Below are positions 41,696-51,050 of a stretch of DNA of 64,000 nucleotides, piece by piece (the first letter of the stretch is position 1; each line of letters starts with the position of its first letter). Made by a program: the position numbers and the translations under genes. Origin of the DNA: Alphaproteobacteria bacterium. Its GTDB lineage: Bacteria > Pseudomonadota > Alphaproteobacteria > GCA-2731375. The notes under the pieces were generated by a model. It was not told the origin of the DNA, searched no databases, and saw only the letters and a list, made by a program, of their open reading frames with translations. The DNA is taken from assembly GCA_965225945.1 (NCBI GenBank), contig CBDDBZ010000035.1, positions 346,924 through 410,923 on the forward strand, read 5' to 3'.

Positions 41696-42310
41696 ATGCT
41701 AGTGCTCGAAGAAGAAAACCAAGAACTATTCGATAGGATTCAAGAGAAGAATCTTGCTCGACAATTTGATCTTCTAACCAATTGTATCGAAATTGGACTT
41801 AGCCAAGGCGCCAGGGTCTTCGACAAGTACATACTATGGGATCTGAACCACGTCGCGGTCGCGAATATTTCGCAGTTTGGCGGCAGATTCCGGGAAGAAC
41901 CGATTTATGTAGGAGATCACAAGCCGCCACACTTTCGGGATGTCTCCGAACTCATGGACCAATTTATATCCACGATTCATGAGAACTGGTACAACTGGAC
42001 ATTTACAGAATTGGCGGCCTATGGACTGTGGCGTCTCAACTGGATACATCCGTTCATCGAAGGGAACGGCAGAACAGCAAGGGCGGCTTGTTACTACCTC
42101 CTTTGCACCCGATCAGGCGGCCTCCTCGGCGGCCGCAAAATCGTCCCCGAAAGGATTAGCGACGATCGTACGGCGTACTATGATGCGCTAAAGGCTGCTG
42201 ATAAAGCATGGGAGCAGGGCCATCTGAATTTCTCGGTAATGGAAGAATACCTCGCTGCATTGGTTCAGGCTCAGATTCAGGATGATGGGTTGCCACCTGG
42301 TGGAAACTGA
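41696..42310 (+). CDS. Fic/Doc family protein (AMPylase-type)
   Basis: Canonical HPFIEGNGRTAR motif; low GC. Confidence 0.92.
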   Translation: MLVLEEENQELFDRIQEKNLARQFDLLTNCIEIGLSQGARVFDKYILWDLNHVAVANISQFGGRFREEPIYVGDHKPPHFRDVSELMDQFISTIHENWYNWTFTELAAYGLWRLNWIHPFIEGNGRTARAACYYLLCTRSGGLLGGRKIVPERISDDRTAYYDALKAADKAWEQGHLNFSVMEEYLAALVQAQIQDDGLPPGGN

Positions 42311-42467
42311 ACCTGGGCCTGCGTCCGATCTATCAACCCCCGTCAATTTCAAACTGCGACACTACCCTCGGTCGGGGATCGTTGACAGGCGCTTCGGCCC
42401 GGGCGATCCCTCCACCATGGTGAAGTCAGGTCTTGTATCTTGCCCTCGACCTGCCGATCATCGCGTC

Positions 42468-42632
42468 ATGTCGAGACCGCTCCGCATCGAGTTTTCGGGC
42501 GCGCTCCATCATGTGACCAGCCGCGGCAACGCGCGCGCCGACATCGTCGAGGATGACGCCGAGCGGCGAATCTTCATCGACGCGCTCTCTGCGGCGGTCG
42601 AGCGGTTCGGCTCGCTCCGCCACATGAGCTAA
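42468..42632 (+). pseudogene. Truncated RAYT-like Y1 transposase
   Basis: MSRPLRIEFSGALHHVTSRGN N-terminus, stops before the HUH motif; GTCAGGTCTTG upstream and CAAGACC downstream. Confidence 0.8.
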
Positions 42633-42671
42633 TTCAACTTTCAAGACCCTAGCCGAGCCGCAGGCACCGGC

Positions 42672-43451
42672 TCACCCGTCGCCGCCGGGCGCCTCCGGGC
42701 GCTCCATCAGCGCGAGCCCTTCCAGGGCCAAGCCATAGCCCAGGAGTTCCTGCATGCGCCGACGCAAATATTCCGTGAACAGCAGCCGTGTGTAGCGCAA
42801 CAGAAGCGTCGGTCGAGCGGCCAGCTCCTCGGCCAGCGTCCAGGCGCGCGCCAGCACCTCGTCCGGCGGCAGCACCTCGGCCACCAGGCCGAGCCTCTCG
42901 GCCTCGCCCGCGTCCAGGGTCTGTCCGGTCAGCAGGAAATAGCGCCCGCGGTTCATCCCCAAGAGCAGGGGATAGACGATGTGCACGCCGTCGCCCGGCA
43001 CCAGGCCATTGGCGAAATGGGCGGAGTCCTGAAAGGCGGCCGTGTCGGCGGCGAGCACGATGTCGGACAAGAGCGGGATCTCGGAATGGCGCCACGCCGG
43101 GCCGTTGACCGCCGCGATCACCGGCACCTCGATGTCGAGCAGGTTCATCAGCAGGGCGCGACCGTCGCGGTGGATGTGGTCGAAACTCGCGGCGGTGATG
43201 TCCGGGCCGATGGCGGAGGCTCCCGGCACGGGCCTGGGGCCGGAGAACTCCTCGCCGGTGCCGGTGAGGATCACCACGCGGTTCGCCCGATCCCGCGCGA
43301 CATCGGCGAAGGCGTCGGGCAATTCGCCGTGCGGGCCCAGGCCCCAGCGCAGGGAACCGCCGTCGGTGTGCAGCGTCATCTGCAGAATGCCGTCCCGGCG
43401 TTCCATTCGCACGCATGCGTATTTGTCGGCGTAGCTCTCGAAGCGGCTCAT
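42672..43451 (-). CDS. Crotonase-superfamily protein, 6-oxocamphor hydrolase (beta-diketone hydrolase)-like
   Basis: Y..KY...RMERRDGILQMTLHTDGGSL, FQDSAHFANGLVPGDGVH, GRYFLLTGQ. Confidence 0.8.
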   Translation of the reverse strand: MSRFESYADKYACVRMERRDGILQMTLHTDGGSLRWGLGPHGELPDAFADVARDRANRVVILTGTGEEFSGPRPVPGASAIGPDITAASFDHIHRDGRALLMNLLDIEVPVIAAVNGPAWRHSEIPLLSDIVLAADTAAFQDSAHFANGLVPGDGVHIVYPLLLGMNRGRYFLLTGQTLDAGEAERLGLVAEVLPPDEVLARAWTLAEELAARPTLLLRYTRLLFTEYLRRRMQELLGYGLALEGLALMERPEAPGGDG

Positions 43452-43636
43452 CCTCGTCTCCCGCTCGCACCTTCGTCCCGGGGGGGATGGTAAACTGTTT
43501 TCCCCTCGCCGTCGTTCTCGGCTCGCCCGAGCGAATTCCGCGGTCCGACCCTTGGCGCGATTGCCCCCGGTCCCTTTGTTGCGGGCGCTCGGCGCTTCGC
43601 GCATAGTCCGCCCGGTCCGAAGGGGAGAAATCGGCC

Positions 43637-44719
43637 ATGTACTTCGACAGCCAGCTTCGCGACCGCGAGCTTCTGGCGATGGGCGCGGAGGCCAAGCGGC
43701 ACGAGGACATGGGCTTCGATTGCGCCTGGACTTTCGAGGCGGCGCACAATCCGTTCTATCCCCTGGTGCTGGCGGCGGCGGCGACGCAGCGGATCCAGCT
43801 CGGCACCAACATCGCCGTCGCCTTCGCCCGCAGCCCCTTCGCCACCGCGCAGGCCGCGTGGGACTTGCAAGGGGCGAGCGGCGGGCGCTTTCACCTCGGC
43901 CTCGGGACCCAAGTGCGGGCGCATGTGGAGCGGCGCTTCTCCATGCCCTTCGAGCATCCGGCCCGCCGCCTGGTCGATTACACCCGCTGCATGAAGGCGA
44001 TCTGGAACAGCTTCCAGAACGACGCCGAGCCCGACTATCAAGGCGAGTTCTACCGCTTCCACCTGATCAACGCCTTCTTCAACCCAGGCCCGATCGAGCA
44101 ACCCGAGATCCCGGTCTATTTCGCCGGCGTCAATCCCCGGATGTGCCGCGCGGCGGGCGAGGCGGCGGAGGGCTTCCACGTCCATCCCATGCATTCGCCG
44201 AGCTATGTCGAGGCGATCGTCCGCCCCTCGATAGCCGAGGGCGCGAGGGCGGCCGGGCGGCGGAGCGAGGATGTCGGCTTGCATGCCTCGGTCTTCTGGA
44301 TCCACGGCGAGACGGAGGAGGAGCGCTCGGCCTCCGAGGCCTCGGTCCGCGAGCAGGTCGCCTTCTACGCCTCGACTCCCAACTATCGCGCGCTGTTGGA
44401 ACACCACGGCTTCGATTCCTTGGGCCGGGAATTGAGCCAGCTCATGCGCCAGGGCGATTTTCAGACGATGTTCCGCAAACTGCCCGACGTGCTGCTGAAC
44501 GAGGTCGCCGTCGCCGCCCCGCCGAGCCAGATCGGCGAAGTCCTGCGGCAGCGCTACGAGGGGCTGATCGAGCGCGTCTCGCTCTATTTCCCGATTCCCC
44601 CCGCCGACGGCATCGAGTCCTGGCGCGACGTGGTAACGGCCTTCCACGAGGCGGTCCCGGGGGCGGGCGAAGCGGAGGAGGAGACCAGCCCATGTGCGGC
44701 ATCGTCGGCCTCTATCTGA
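43637..44719 (+). CDS. LLM-class F420-dependent-type oxidoreductase (TIGR03617-like)
   Basis: EAAHNPF, IAVAFARSP, LGLGTQVRAHVERRF, FYASTPNYR. Confidence 0.88.
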   Translation: MYFDSQLRDRELLAMGAEAKRHEDMGFDCAWTFEAAHNPFYPLVLAAAATQRIQLGTNIAVAFARSPFATAQAAWDLQGASGGRFHLGLGTQVRAHVERRFSMPFEHPARRLVDYTRCMKAIWNSFQNDAEPDYQGEFYRFHLINAFFNPGPIEQPEIPVYFAGVNPRMCRAAGEAAEGFHVHPMHSPSYVEAIVRPSIAEGARAAGRRSEDVGLHASVFWIHGETEEERSASEASVREQVAFYASTPNYRALLEHHGFDSLGRELSQLMRQGDFQTMFRKLPDVLLNEVAVAAPPSQIGEVLRQRYEGLIERVSLYFPIPPADGIESWRDVVTAFHEAVPGAGEAEEETSPCAASSASI

Positions 44720-45591
44720 AGGACCCCTCGTGGCGGCCCCGGCTCGGCGTCCATCTCGGCGCCATGCTGATCGAGCTGTCGGAGCGCGGGCCGGACAGCG
44801 CCGGTATCGCCGTCTACCGCGATCCCGTCGGGCCGGGGATGGTCAAGCTGACACTCTTCCATGGCGATCCGGCGTTCGATTGGGCGGGGCTGGAAGCGGC
44901 CCTGGCGAAGCGCTTCGGCGAGGCCGGTCCGGCGAAGCCGCTCGACAAGCACTGCGTGATCGCGATCCGCGCCGAGGCGGGGGAGGCGCGCGCCTGGCTC
45001 GCCGAGGCGAGGCCCGAGGTCCGTATCGTCAGCAGTGGCGATACCATCGAGATCTACAAGGAAAAGGGCTTGCCGCGCGAGGTCGCGGCCCGCTTCGAGC
45101 TCGACCGCTTCGAGGGCAGCCACGCCCTCGGCCACACCAGGATGGCGACCGAAAGCGCGGTCACCACCGCGCATTCCCATCCCTTCTCGACCGGCGAGGA
45201 CCTCTGCCTGGTGCACAACGGCTCGCTCTCCAACCACAACCGGCTCCGCCGGCACCTCGAGCGTCGCGGCATCGACTTCGAAACCGACAACGATTCCGAG
45301 GTCGCGGCCGGCTACTTCGCCCACCGCCTGGCCGAGGGCGCGAGCCTGGGCGAGGCGGTGGAGGCGGGCTTGCGCGATCTCGACGGCTTCTTCACCTTCG
45401 CCATCGGCACCCGGGACGGCTTCGCCGTGGTGCGCGATGGCGTCGCCTGCAAACCGGCAGTGCTGGCGGAAACCGACGAATGGGTCGCCATGGCCTCCGA
45501 GTTTCGCGCCATCGCGCGGCTCCCCGGGGCCGAGGACGCCCGGATCTGGGAGCCGGAGCCGGCGCGGATCTACCTCTGGGAAGGGGCCTGA
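44692..45591 (+). CDS. mgsA: Class II glutamine amidotransferase GlxB / N-methylglutamate synthase subunit A
   Basis: N-terminal MCGIVG, RGPDSAG, GHTRMATES, HNGSLSNH, NDSEVAA. Confidence 0.85.
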   Translation: MCGIVGLYLKDPSWRPRLGVHLGAMLIELSERGPDSAGIAVYRDPVGPGMVKLTLFHGDPAFDWAGLEAALAKRFGEAGPAKPLDKHCVIAIRAEAGEARAWLAEARPEVRIVSSGDTIEIYKEKGLPREVAARFELDRFEGSHALGHTRMATESAVTTAHSHPFSTGEDLCLVHNGSLSNHNRLRRHLERRGIDFETDNDSEVAAGYFAHRLAEGASLGEAVEAGLRDLDGFFTFAIGTRDGFAVVRDGVACKPAVLAETDEWVAMASEFRAIARLPGAEDARIWEPEPARIYLWEGA

Positions 45592-45594
45592 ACG

Positions 45595-46278
45595 GTGCCG
45601 GTGGTCGACCTGGCGCAATCCGACGCCCGCGCCCTCAACCAGCGGCTCCACGACCTCGGCCCCGACAGCAACGAGACCGAATGGCGGGTCCTCAATCCCT
45701 CGGGCGCGCATGCGCTCGCCGTCGGCCTGGACCGCGAGATCGAGGTCCGAATCGAGGGCCACGTCGGCTATTATTGCGCCGGCATGAACAAGCGGGCCCG
45801 CATCACGGTGGACGGCAACGTTGGCACCGGCTTCGCCGAGAACATCATGAGCGGGGTTGCGCGCTGCGCCGGCAACGCCTCGCAATCGGCGGGCGCCACC
45901 GGCCATGGCGGCCTGGTGGTGATCGAAGGCGACGCGAGCGCGCGCTGCGGCATCTCCATGAAAGGGGTCGATATCGTGGTCGGCGGCTCGGTCGGGCACA
46001 TGGCCGCCTTCATGGGCCAGGCGGGCCGTCTGCTGGTGCGCGGCGCTGCCGGTCCGCACCTGGGCGATTCCTTGTACGAGGCGGTGCTCTATGTCGCCGG
46101 CGAGGTGGCGAGCCTGGGCGCCGATTGCATCGAAAAGGAGATGACGGCGGAACACCGGGGCGCCGTCGCCGAGCTGCTGGCGGGTGCCGGCATGGCAGAC
46201 GACCCGGCGCGCTTCCGCCGCTACGGCTCGGCGCGGCGGCTCTATAACTTCGAGATCGACAACGCCGCGAGCTATTGA
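45595..46278 (+). CDS. mgsB: GXGXG-domain GlxC / N-methylglutamate synthase subunit B
   Basis: GHVGYYCAGMN, AENIMSG, RCGISMKG, GDSLYE, RYGSARRLYNF. Confidence 0.88.
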   Translation: MPVVDLAQSDARALNQRLHDLGPDSNETEWRVLNPSGAHALAVGLDREIEVRIEGHVGYYCAGMNKRARITVDGNVGTGFAENIMSGVARCAGNASQSAGATGHGGLVVIEGDASARCGISMKGVDIVVGGSVGHMAAFMGQAGRLLVRGAAGPHLGDSLYEAVLYVAGEVASLGADCIEKEMTAEHRGAVAELLAGAGMADDPARFRRYGSARRLYNFEIDNAASY

Positions 46279-46290
46279 GGGGGCAGCGAA

Positions 46291-47604
46291 ATGGTCGACG
46301 AACGCAAGCTCCAGGCCTCGGCCACCTTCCCGCCGGAAGTGATCGCCGAGATCCAACGCGCCGCCGACGAGGGGCTCTACCAGATACGCGGCGGGGGCGC
46401 GAAGCGGCGGGTGGCGAACTTCGACGATCTGGTGCTGCTCGGGGCCTCGGTCTCGCGCTATCCGCTGGAGGGCTACCGTGAGCGCTGCGATACCGACGTG
46501 GTGATCGGCGCCCGCAACGCCCGCAAGCCGCTCCACCTGAAGATCCCCATCACCATCGCCGGCATGAGTTTCGGCGCCATCGGCGCCAACGCCAAGCGAG
46601 CGCTGGGGCTGGCGGCGAGCGCCATGGGCACCTCGACCACCACCGGCGACGGCGGCATGACCGAGGAGGAGCGCGAGGCCTCCGACCTCCTGGTCTACCA
46701 GTATCTGCCGTCGCGCTACGGCATGGAGCCGGACCAGATCCGCCGGGCCGACGCGATCGAGATCGTCGTCAGCCAGGGCGCCAAGCCGGGCGGCGGCGGC
46801 ATGCTGCTGGGCCACAAGGTGACCGAGCGGGTGGCCGAGATGCGCACGCTTCCCCCCGGCATCGACCAGCGGAGCGCCTGCCGCCACCCCGACTGGACCG
46901 GTCCCGACGACCTGGCGATCAAGATCCTGGAGCTGCGCGAGATCACCGATTGGCGGCTGCCGATCTACGTCAAGGTGGGCGCGTCGCGGACCCGCTACGA
47001 CGTGGCGCTGGCGGTCAAGGCCGGGGCCGACGCGGTGGTGGTCGACGGCATGCAGGGCGCCACGGCGGCGAGCCAGAACGTCTTCATCGAGGATGTTGGC
47101 ATTCCGACGCTGCCGGCGCTGCGCCTCGCGGTCGAGGCGTTGGTCGAGCTCGACGTCCATCGCGAGGTGCAATTGATCGTCTCCGGCGGCATCCGCACCG
47201 GGGCCGACGTCGCCAAGGCCCTGGCGATGGGGGCGGACGCGGTCAGCCTCGGGATGGCGGCGCTGATGGCGCTCAATTGCAACGCGCCGCACCATGTCGA
47301 GGATTACGAGGCGCTCGGCACCCGGCCGGGCTTCTGCCACCACTGCCATACGGGGCGCTGTCCGGTCGGCATCGCGACGCAAGATGGCGACCTCGAGGCC
47401 CGGCTGGAGCCGGAGGCGGCGGCGCGCCGGGTGCGCAATTATTTGACCTCGCTGACGCTCGAATGCCAGACGCTGGCGCGCGCCTGCGGCAAGTCGCACG
47501 TCTTGAATTTGGAGCCGGAGGATCTGGCCGCGCTCACCCTCGAGGCGGCGGCGATGGCCGGCGTCCCGCTCGCCGGCACCGATTGGATCCCGGGTCGGGG
47601 ATAG
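46291..47604 (+). CDS. mgsC: FMN-binding glutamate synthase-like GlxD / N-methylglutamate synthase subunit C
   Basis: SRYPLEGYRE, QGAKPGGGG, SACRHPDWTGPDDL, CHTGRCPVGIATQ, AGTDWIPG. Confidence 0.9.
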   Translation: MVDERKLQASATFPPEVIAEIQRAADEGLYQIRGGGAKRRVANFDDLVLLGASVSRYPLEGYRERCDTDVVIGARNARKPLHLKIPITIAGMSFGAIGANAKRALGLAASAMGTSTTTGDGGMTEEEREASDLLVYQYLPSRYGMEPDQIRRADAIEIVVSQGAKPGGGGMLLGHKVTERVAEMRTLPPGIDQRSACRHPDWTGPDDLAIKILELREITDWRLPIYVKVGASRTRYDVALAVKAGADAVVVDGMQGATAASQNVFIEDVGIPTLPALRLAVEALVELDVHREVQLIVSGGIRTGADVAKALAMGADAVSLGMAALMALNCNAPHHVEDYEALGTRPGFCHHCHTGRCPVGIATQDGDLEARLEPEAAARRVRNYLTSLTLECQTLARACGKSHVLNLEPEDLAALTLEAAAMAGVPLAGTDWIPGRG

Positions 47605-47607
47605 CGC

Positions 47608-47704
47608 AAAAAAGGGGTCATTCTACTTTTTCGCCTCCGCTGGCGCCGGCGACACGAGGCACCAAGAGGCCCGCCGCAGCGGCCGATAAAGCAGAATGAC
47701 CCCT
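47608..47704. mobile_element. 97-bp REPIN/MITE-like element with the same ends as the RAYT element
   Basis: AAAAAAGGGGTCATTCTACTTTT ... AAAGCAGAATGACCCCT, matching 19215-19236/19925-19946. Confidence 0.8.
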
Positions 47705-47786
47705 ATACCTATACTCCCTATACTCTGCCAGTTGGCCCCGAGCGCCGCGTAAAGCTTCGATATAGAGCCCCTCGGCGCCGGCCTGC

Positions 47787-49394
47787 TCACGCCGGGACGG
47801 CGGCGCCGTCGCGGCGCGGGTCGGCGCCGCCGACCATGGCCCCGCTTGCGGGGTCATACGAGACTGCCTGCATTCCGCCGGTGTTCATGGTAAGCGGCGG
47901 CGCCAGCTCGATTTCGTGGCCGCGCCGCTCCAGCTCGGCGACGGTGGCCGCCGAGACCCGCGACTCCAGCTCGACCCGCTGGCCGTCCCACAGCCGCGCC
48001 CTGGGCGCCTCGATGGCAGTCTGTAGGTTCAAGCCATAATCGAGATAGTGCACGTAGGCCTGCGGCTGGGTCTGCAGAATCCCGTAGCTACCGGGCGTAC
48101 CGAGCGCCAGCACGCCCTTGCCATCCCTGGTCGCGATGGTCGGCGCCACGACCGAGGCCCAGGGCTGGCCGGGCTGTAGCAAATTTGGTGAGTCGGGCTC
48201 GAGGTCGCCCCAGTTCAGATAGTTGCTCATGCACACGCCGGTGCCGGGAATGACGATGCCCGAGCCGAATGGCCCGCCCAGCGTCTGGGTGATGCAGACC
48301 AGGTTGCCGAAGCGGTCCGCGGCGGAGAAGGAGGTGGTGTGCTCCTTCGTCCAATCGGTCTCCCGCATCTGGCCGGTGCCCCATTGCTCCACCCGACCAA
48401 CCACCGGGCGGCCGTCGGCCACCCTGGCGCGAAGTCGCTCGAGGTGCCCCGCATCGAACAGTGTCTCGATGTCGGCGCGGGGCTTGCGGTTGTTCGTCAG
48501 CCGCACCTCGGCGGCGATCCGGATGGCGCGGAAAACGGTGTCCAAATGATCCGGACCGAGGTGCTCCATCTCGGAGAGATCAAATCCGCCAAGAATAGCC
48601 AGCGTGAGGATCGCCTGGAACGACTCGGCCGGCGGCGGGACGGTGTGCACGGTCAGGCCTCGGTAGTCGACCTTTATCGGTTCGGAGAAGACCGGCGAGA
48701 CGGCTTCCAAGTCGTCCATGGAGATGAAGCCGCCGCCAGCTTGTAGATGCTCGGTTATCTTGCGGCCGAGGGGGCCGCCGTAGAGATAGCCGGGGCCGTC
48801 GGCGGCGATCCCCTCGAGCGTGTCCGCCAGGAGCGGCTGGCGCAGCACCCGGCCGACGGCCAAACCGCCGAGCGGCTCCAGATAGGTGTCGCGCCAAATT
48901 TGGCCGTACTTCTGCTCGATGCCCCGGCCGGCCATTTCGACATAGAGCGAGGAGACCGGCACGCCGGTGCGCGCATGATGGATGGCGCTGGCCAACAGTT
49001 CGCTGAGCGGTTTGGTGCCGTAGGTCTGGTTCAGCATGCACCAGCCGCCGAGGTTGCCCGGCACGCCCGGCGATTTCGGCCCCTGCTCCAGCTCCACCTT
49101 GGTCACCTCGGAGGGGTCGAAGGCCTTTGGCACCGCCGGCGTGAAATCGAGCGCGCGGACCCGGCCCTCCTCGACGACGTAGCAGGTCGCGAGTCCATTG
49201 CCGGCGAGACCCGACATGAACGGCTCGCAGACGTTCAGTGTCGCCGCGGTGGTGACAACGGCGTCGAAGGCGTTGCCGCCCTCGCGGAGCACGCGGGCGC
49301 CCGCGGCGGCGGCCATCGGGTGTGCCGCCGCGACCATCCCGTTCACCGCCCGAACCGGCGCGCGGCCGGCGATATAGTTGACGTCGCTGATCAT
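47787..49394 (-). CDS. ggt: Gamma-glutamyltransferase family protein
   Basis: GGNAFDA, EPFMSGLAG, HTTSFS nucleophile Thr, GTPGS, GGADPRRDG. Confidence 0.9.
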   Translation of the reverse strand: MISDVNYIAGRAPVRAVNGMVAAAHPMAAAAGARVLREGGNAFDAVVTTAATLNVCEPFMSGLAGNGLATCYVVEEGRVRALDFTPAVPKAFDPSEVTKVELEQGPKSPGVPGNLGGWCMLNQTYGTKPLSELLASAIHHARTGVPVSSLYVEMAGRGIEQKYGQIWRDTYLEPLGGLAVGRVLRQPLLADTLEGIAADGPGYLYGGPLGRKITEHLQAGGGFISMDDLEAVSPVFSEPIKVDYRGLTVHTVPPPAESFQAILTLAILGGFDLSEMEHLGPDHLDTVFRAIRIAAEVRLTNNRKPRADIETLFDAGHLERLRARVADGRPVVGRVEQWGTGQMRETDWTKEHTTSFSAADRFGNLVCITQTLGGPFGSGIVIPGTGVCMSNYLNWGDLEPDSPNLLQPGQPWASVVAPTIATRDGKGVLALGTPGSYGILQTQPQAYVHYLDYGLNLQTAIEAPRARLWDGQRVELESRVSAATVAELERRGHEIELAPPLTMNTGGMQAVSYDPASGAMVGGADPRRDGAAVPA

Positions 49395-49633
49395 GATCCC
49401 TCCGCCTCGATCGGGTCGTCGGTCATAGAGCACTTTCCGATCAGGTTGAATCGTTTGATGGGCCACCGTGTTGCCGGCAGTTTACCGCGTATTGAGCAGC
49501 GCGATGGCGAGGCTAGAGCCTCCACGCGTTGCCCGCTCCTGTTCGTGCCTGCTGATATCACGGAGCGTTTCGGGGGGACTCCGGAGGCAACGGAGAACGG
49601 CGGAGATGGCGGCGGCGGCCCGCCGGATAGCGC

Positions 49634-50800
49634 TCAGTAGAACACCTCGACCGGCTCGCCGAGCATAATTTGGCCGATCGTGCGGTAGTGCGAATCGCGC
49701 GACTGGATCTGTTGGCTGAGCGTGTGGATGTCGCGGAAGCGGCGATGGAACGGCCCGTCGGGGAAGATCGAATCGACGCCCGCGGCCTTGTAGACCCAGT
49801 CCGCCGCCTCGATCGCCCGGTGGATCGCGGTGGTGGTGGCGAGGCGAAGCCGCGCGCGCTCGGCGATGTCGATCGGCGCCATCGCGTCCGCCGCCGCGCA
49901 AATTTCACCGAGCGTCTGCAGCACATAGGCCCGCGAGCCGGCGATCTTGGCCTCCGCCCGGGCATAGCCGTCCTGCACGCCCTCGTCGTCGGCCAGGCGC
50001 GAGAGGCCGCGCGGCGTCTTTTCCATCGCCAGCTCGCCAAAGGCCGCTAGCATCGCGCCCGCCGTGCCCAGCGCCACGCCGGCAACGCCCACCGCGTAGA
50101 GCGCCTGTTGCGGAATGGCATAGAGCGGCCCGGGGACGAGACGCAACGCCGGGTCCTCGCGGGTGGCGCTATGGGATTCGGGCACGAAGACGTCCTCGAC
50201 CGCGTAGGAATCCGAGGCCGTGCCGCGAAGCCCGATGGTGTCCCAGGTGTCGAGCAGCCTTGCCTGTTCGACCGGGAACAGCAGCGTGCGGACATGCGGC
50301 CTGCCTGCCGGGTTGAGCCGCACCTCGCCGCCCGCTTCCACCACCAGGCCATGCGCGCCCATCCAGTTGGCTTGCCGGCAGCCGCTGGCGAAATCCCAGC
50401 GGCCGTCGACCACGTAGCCGCCCTCGACGGCGCGGACGCGGCACGCGTTGGGCGGGCCCCAGGCGATAATGGTCTTGCGATCGGCAAAGATCTCGGCCGC
50501 CGTCTCCGGCGCCAGGTAAGCCGCGATCAGGGCCGAGCTGTTGGCGACGAACATGTTCCAGGCGACGGAGGCGTCGGCCTTGGCGATTTCCTCCAGCGCC
50601 AGCAAATACGCACCCGGCGCCACCTCGTCGCCGCCATAAACCCGTGGCAGCAGCATGCGAAAGAGGCGCGAATCGTGCAGCGCGCCCAACAGCGGTTCGG
50701 GTATCCGCCGCGTCCGCTCGATCTCTCCCGCCGTTGCCCCGAGCAAGCCGGCGATCTCACGCGCGCGGGCGCGCGGGTCGGGCCGGGTGACCCGGTCCAT
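49634..50800 (-). CDS. Acyl-CoA dehydrogenase-fold flavin monooxygenase (HsaA/C2-like oxygenase component)
   Basis: DGRWDFASGC, WDTIGLRGTAS, RRFRDIH; start codon uncertain (50800-50881). Confidence 0.82.
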   Translation of the reverse strand: MDRVTRPDPRARAREIAGLLGATAGEIERTRRIPEPLLGALHDSRLFRMLLPRVYGGDEVAPGAYLLALEEIAKADASVAWNMFVANSSALIAAYLAPETAAEIFADRKTIIAWGPPNACRVRAVEGGYVVDGRWDFASGCRQANWMGAHGLVVEAGGEVRLNPAGRPHVRTLLFPVEQARLLDTWDTIGLRGTASDSYAVEDVFVPESHSATREDPALRLVPGPLYAIPQQALYAVGVAGVALGTAGAMLAAFGELAMEKTPRGLSRLADDEGVQDGYARAEAKIAGSRAYVLQTLGEICAAADAMAPIDIAERARLRLATTTAIHRAIEAADWVYKAAGVDSIFPDGPFHRRFRDIHTLSQQIQSRDSHYRTIGQIMLGEPVEVFY

Positions 50801-51050
50801 GGCGGAAGTTCTCGCGGTCTCCATCCCCACCTTCGCTCTCTCCATCCCCGCCATTGCGGCCGAGCCGCCGGGTCCTGTCAATGTCGTCGTCCAGCCGCGG
50901 GATTTGGCCGATGGCCGCTGCCAAGGCGAAAACCAGGCATCCGGCCCCGAAGTCGACGCTTCGCGCGCGGGTGTCGATGGCTGACTCTATTATGAACGCG
51001 ATCGAGAGCACCGACGCCGGGCCACCTCGGCGATCAGCTGACGTGTTCCG

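Noticed and set aside
44584-47499. 971-aa minus-strand ORF and similar long ORFs (e.g. 20629-22614, 34907-36892, 25173-26924)
   Set aside because: Shadow frames of well-supported genes in high-GC DNA, with no recognisable motifs.
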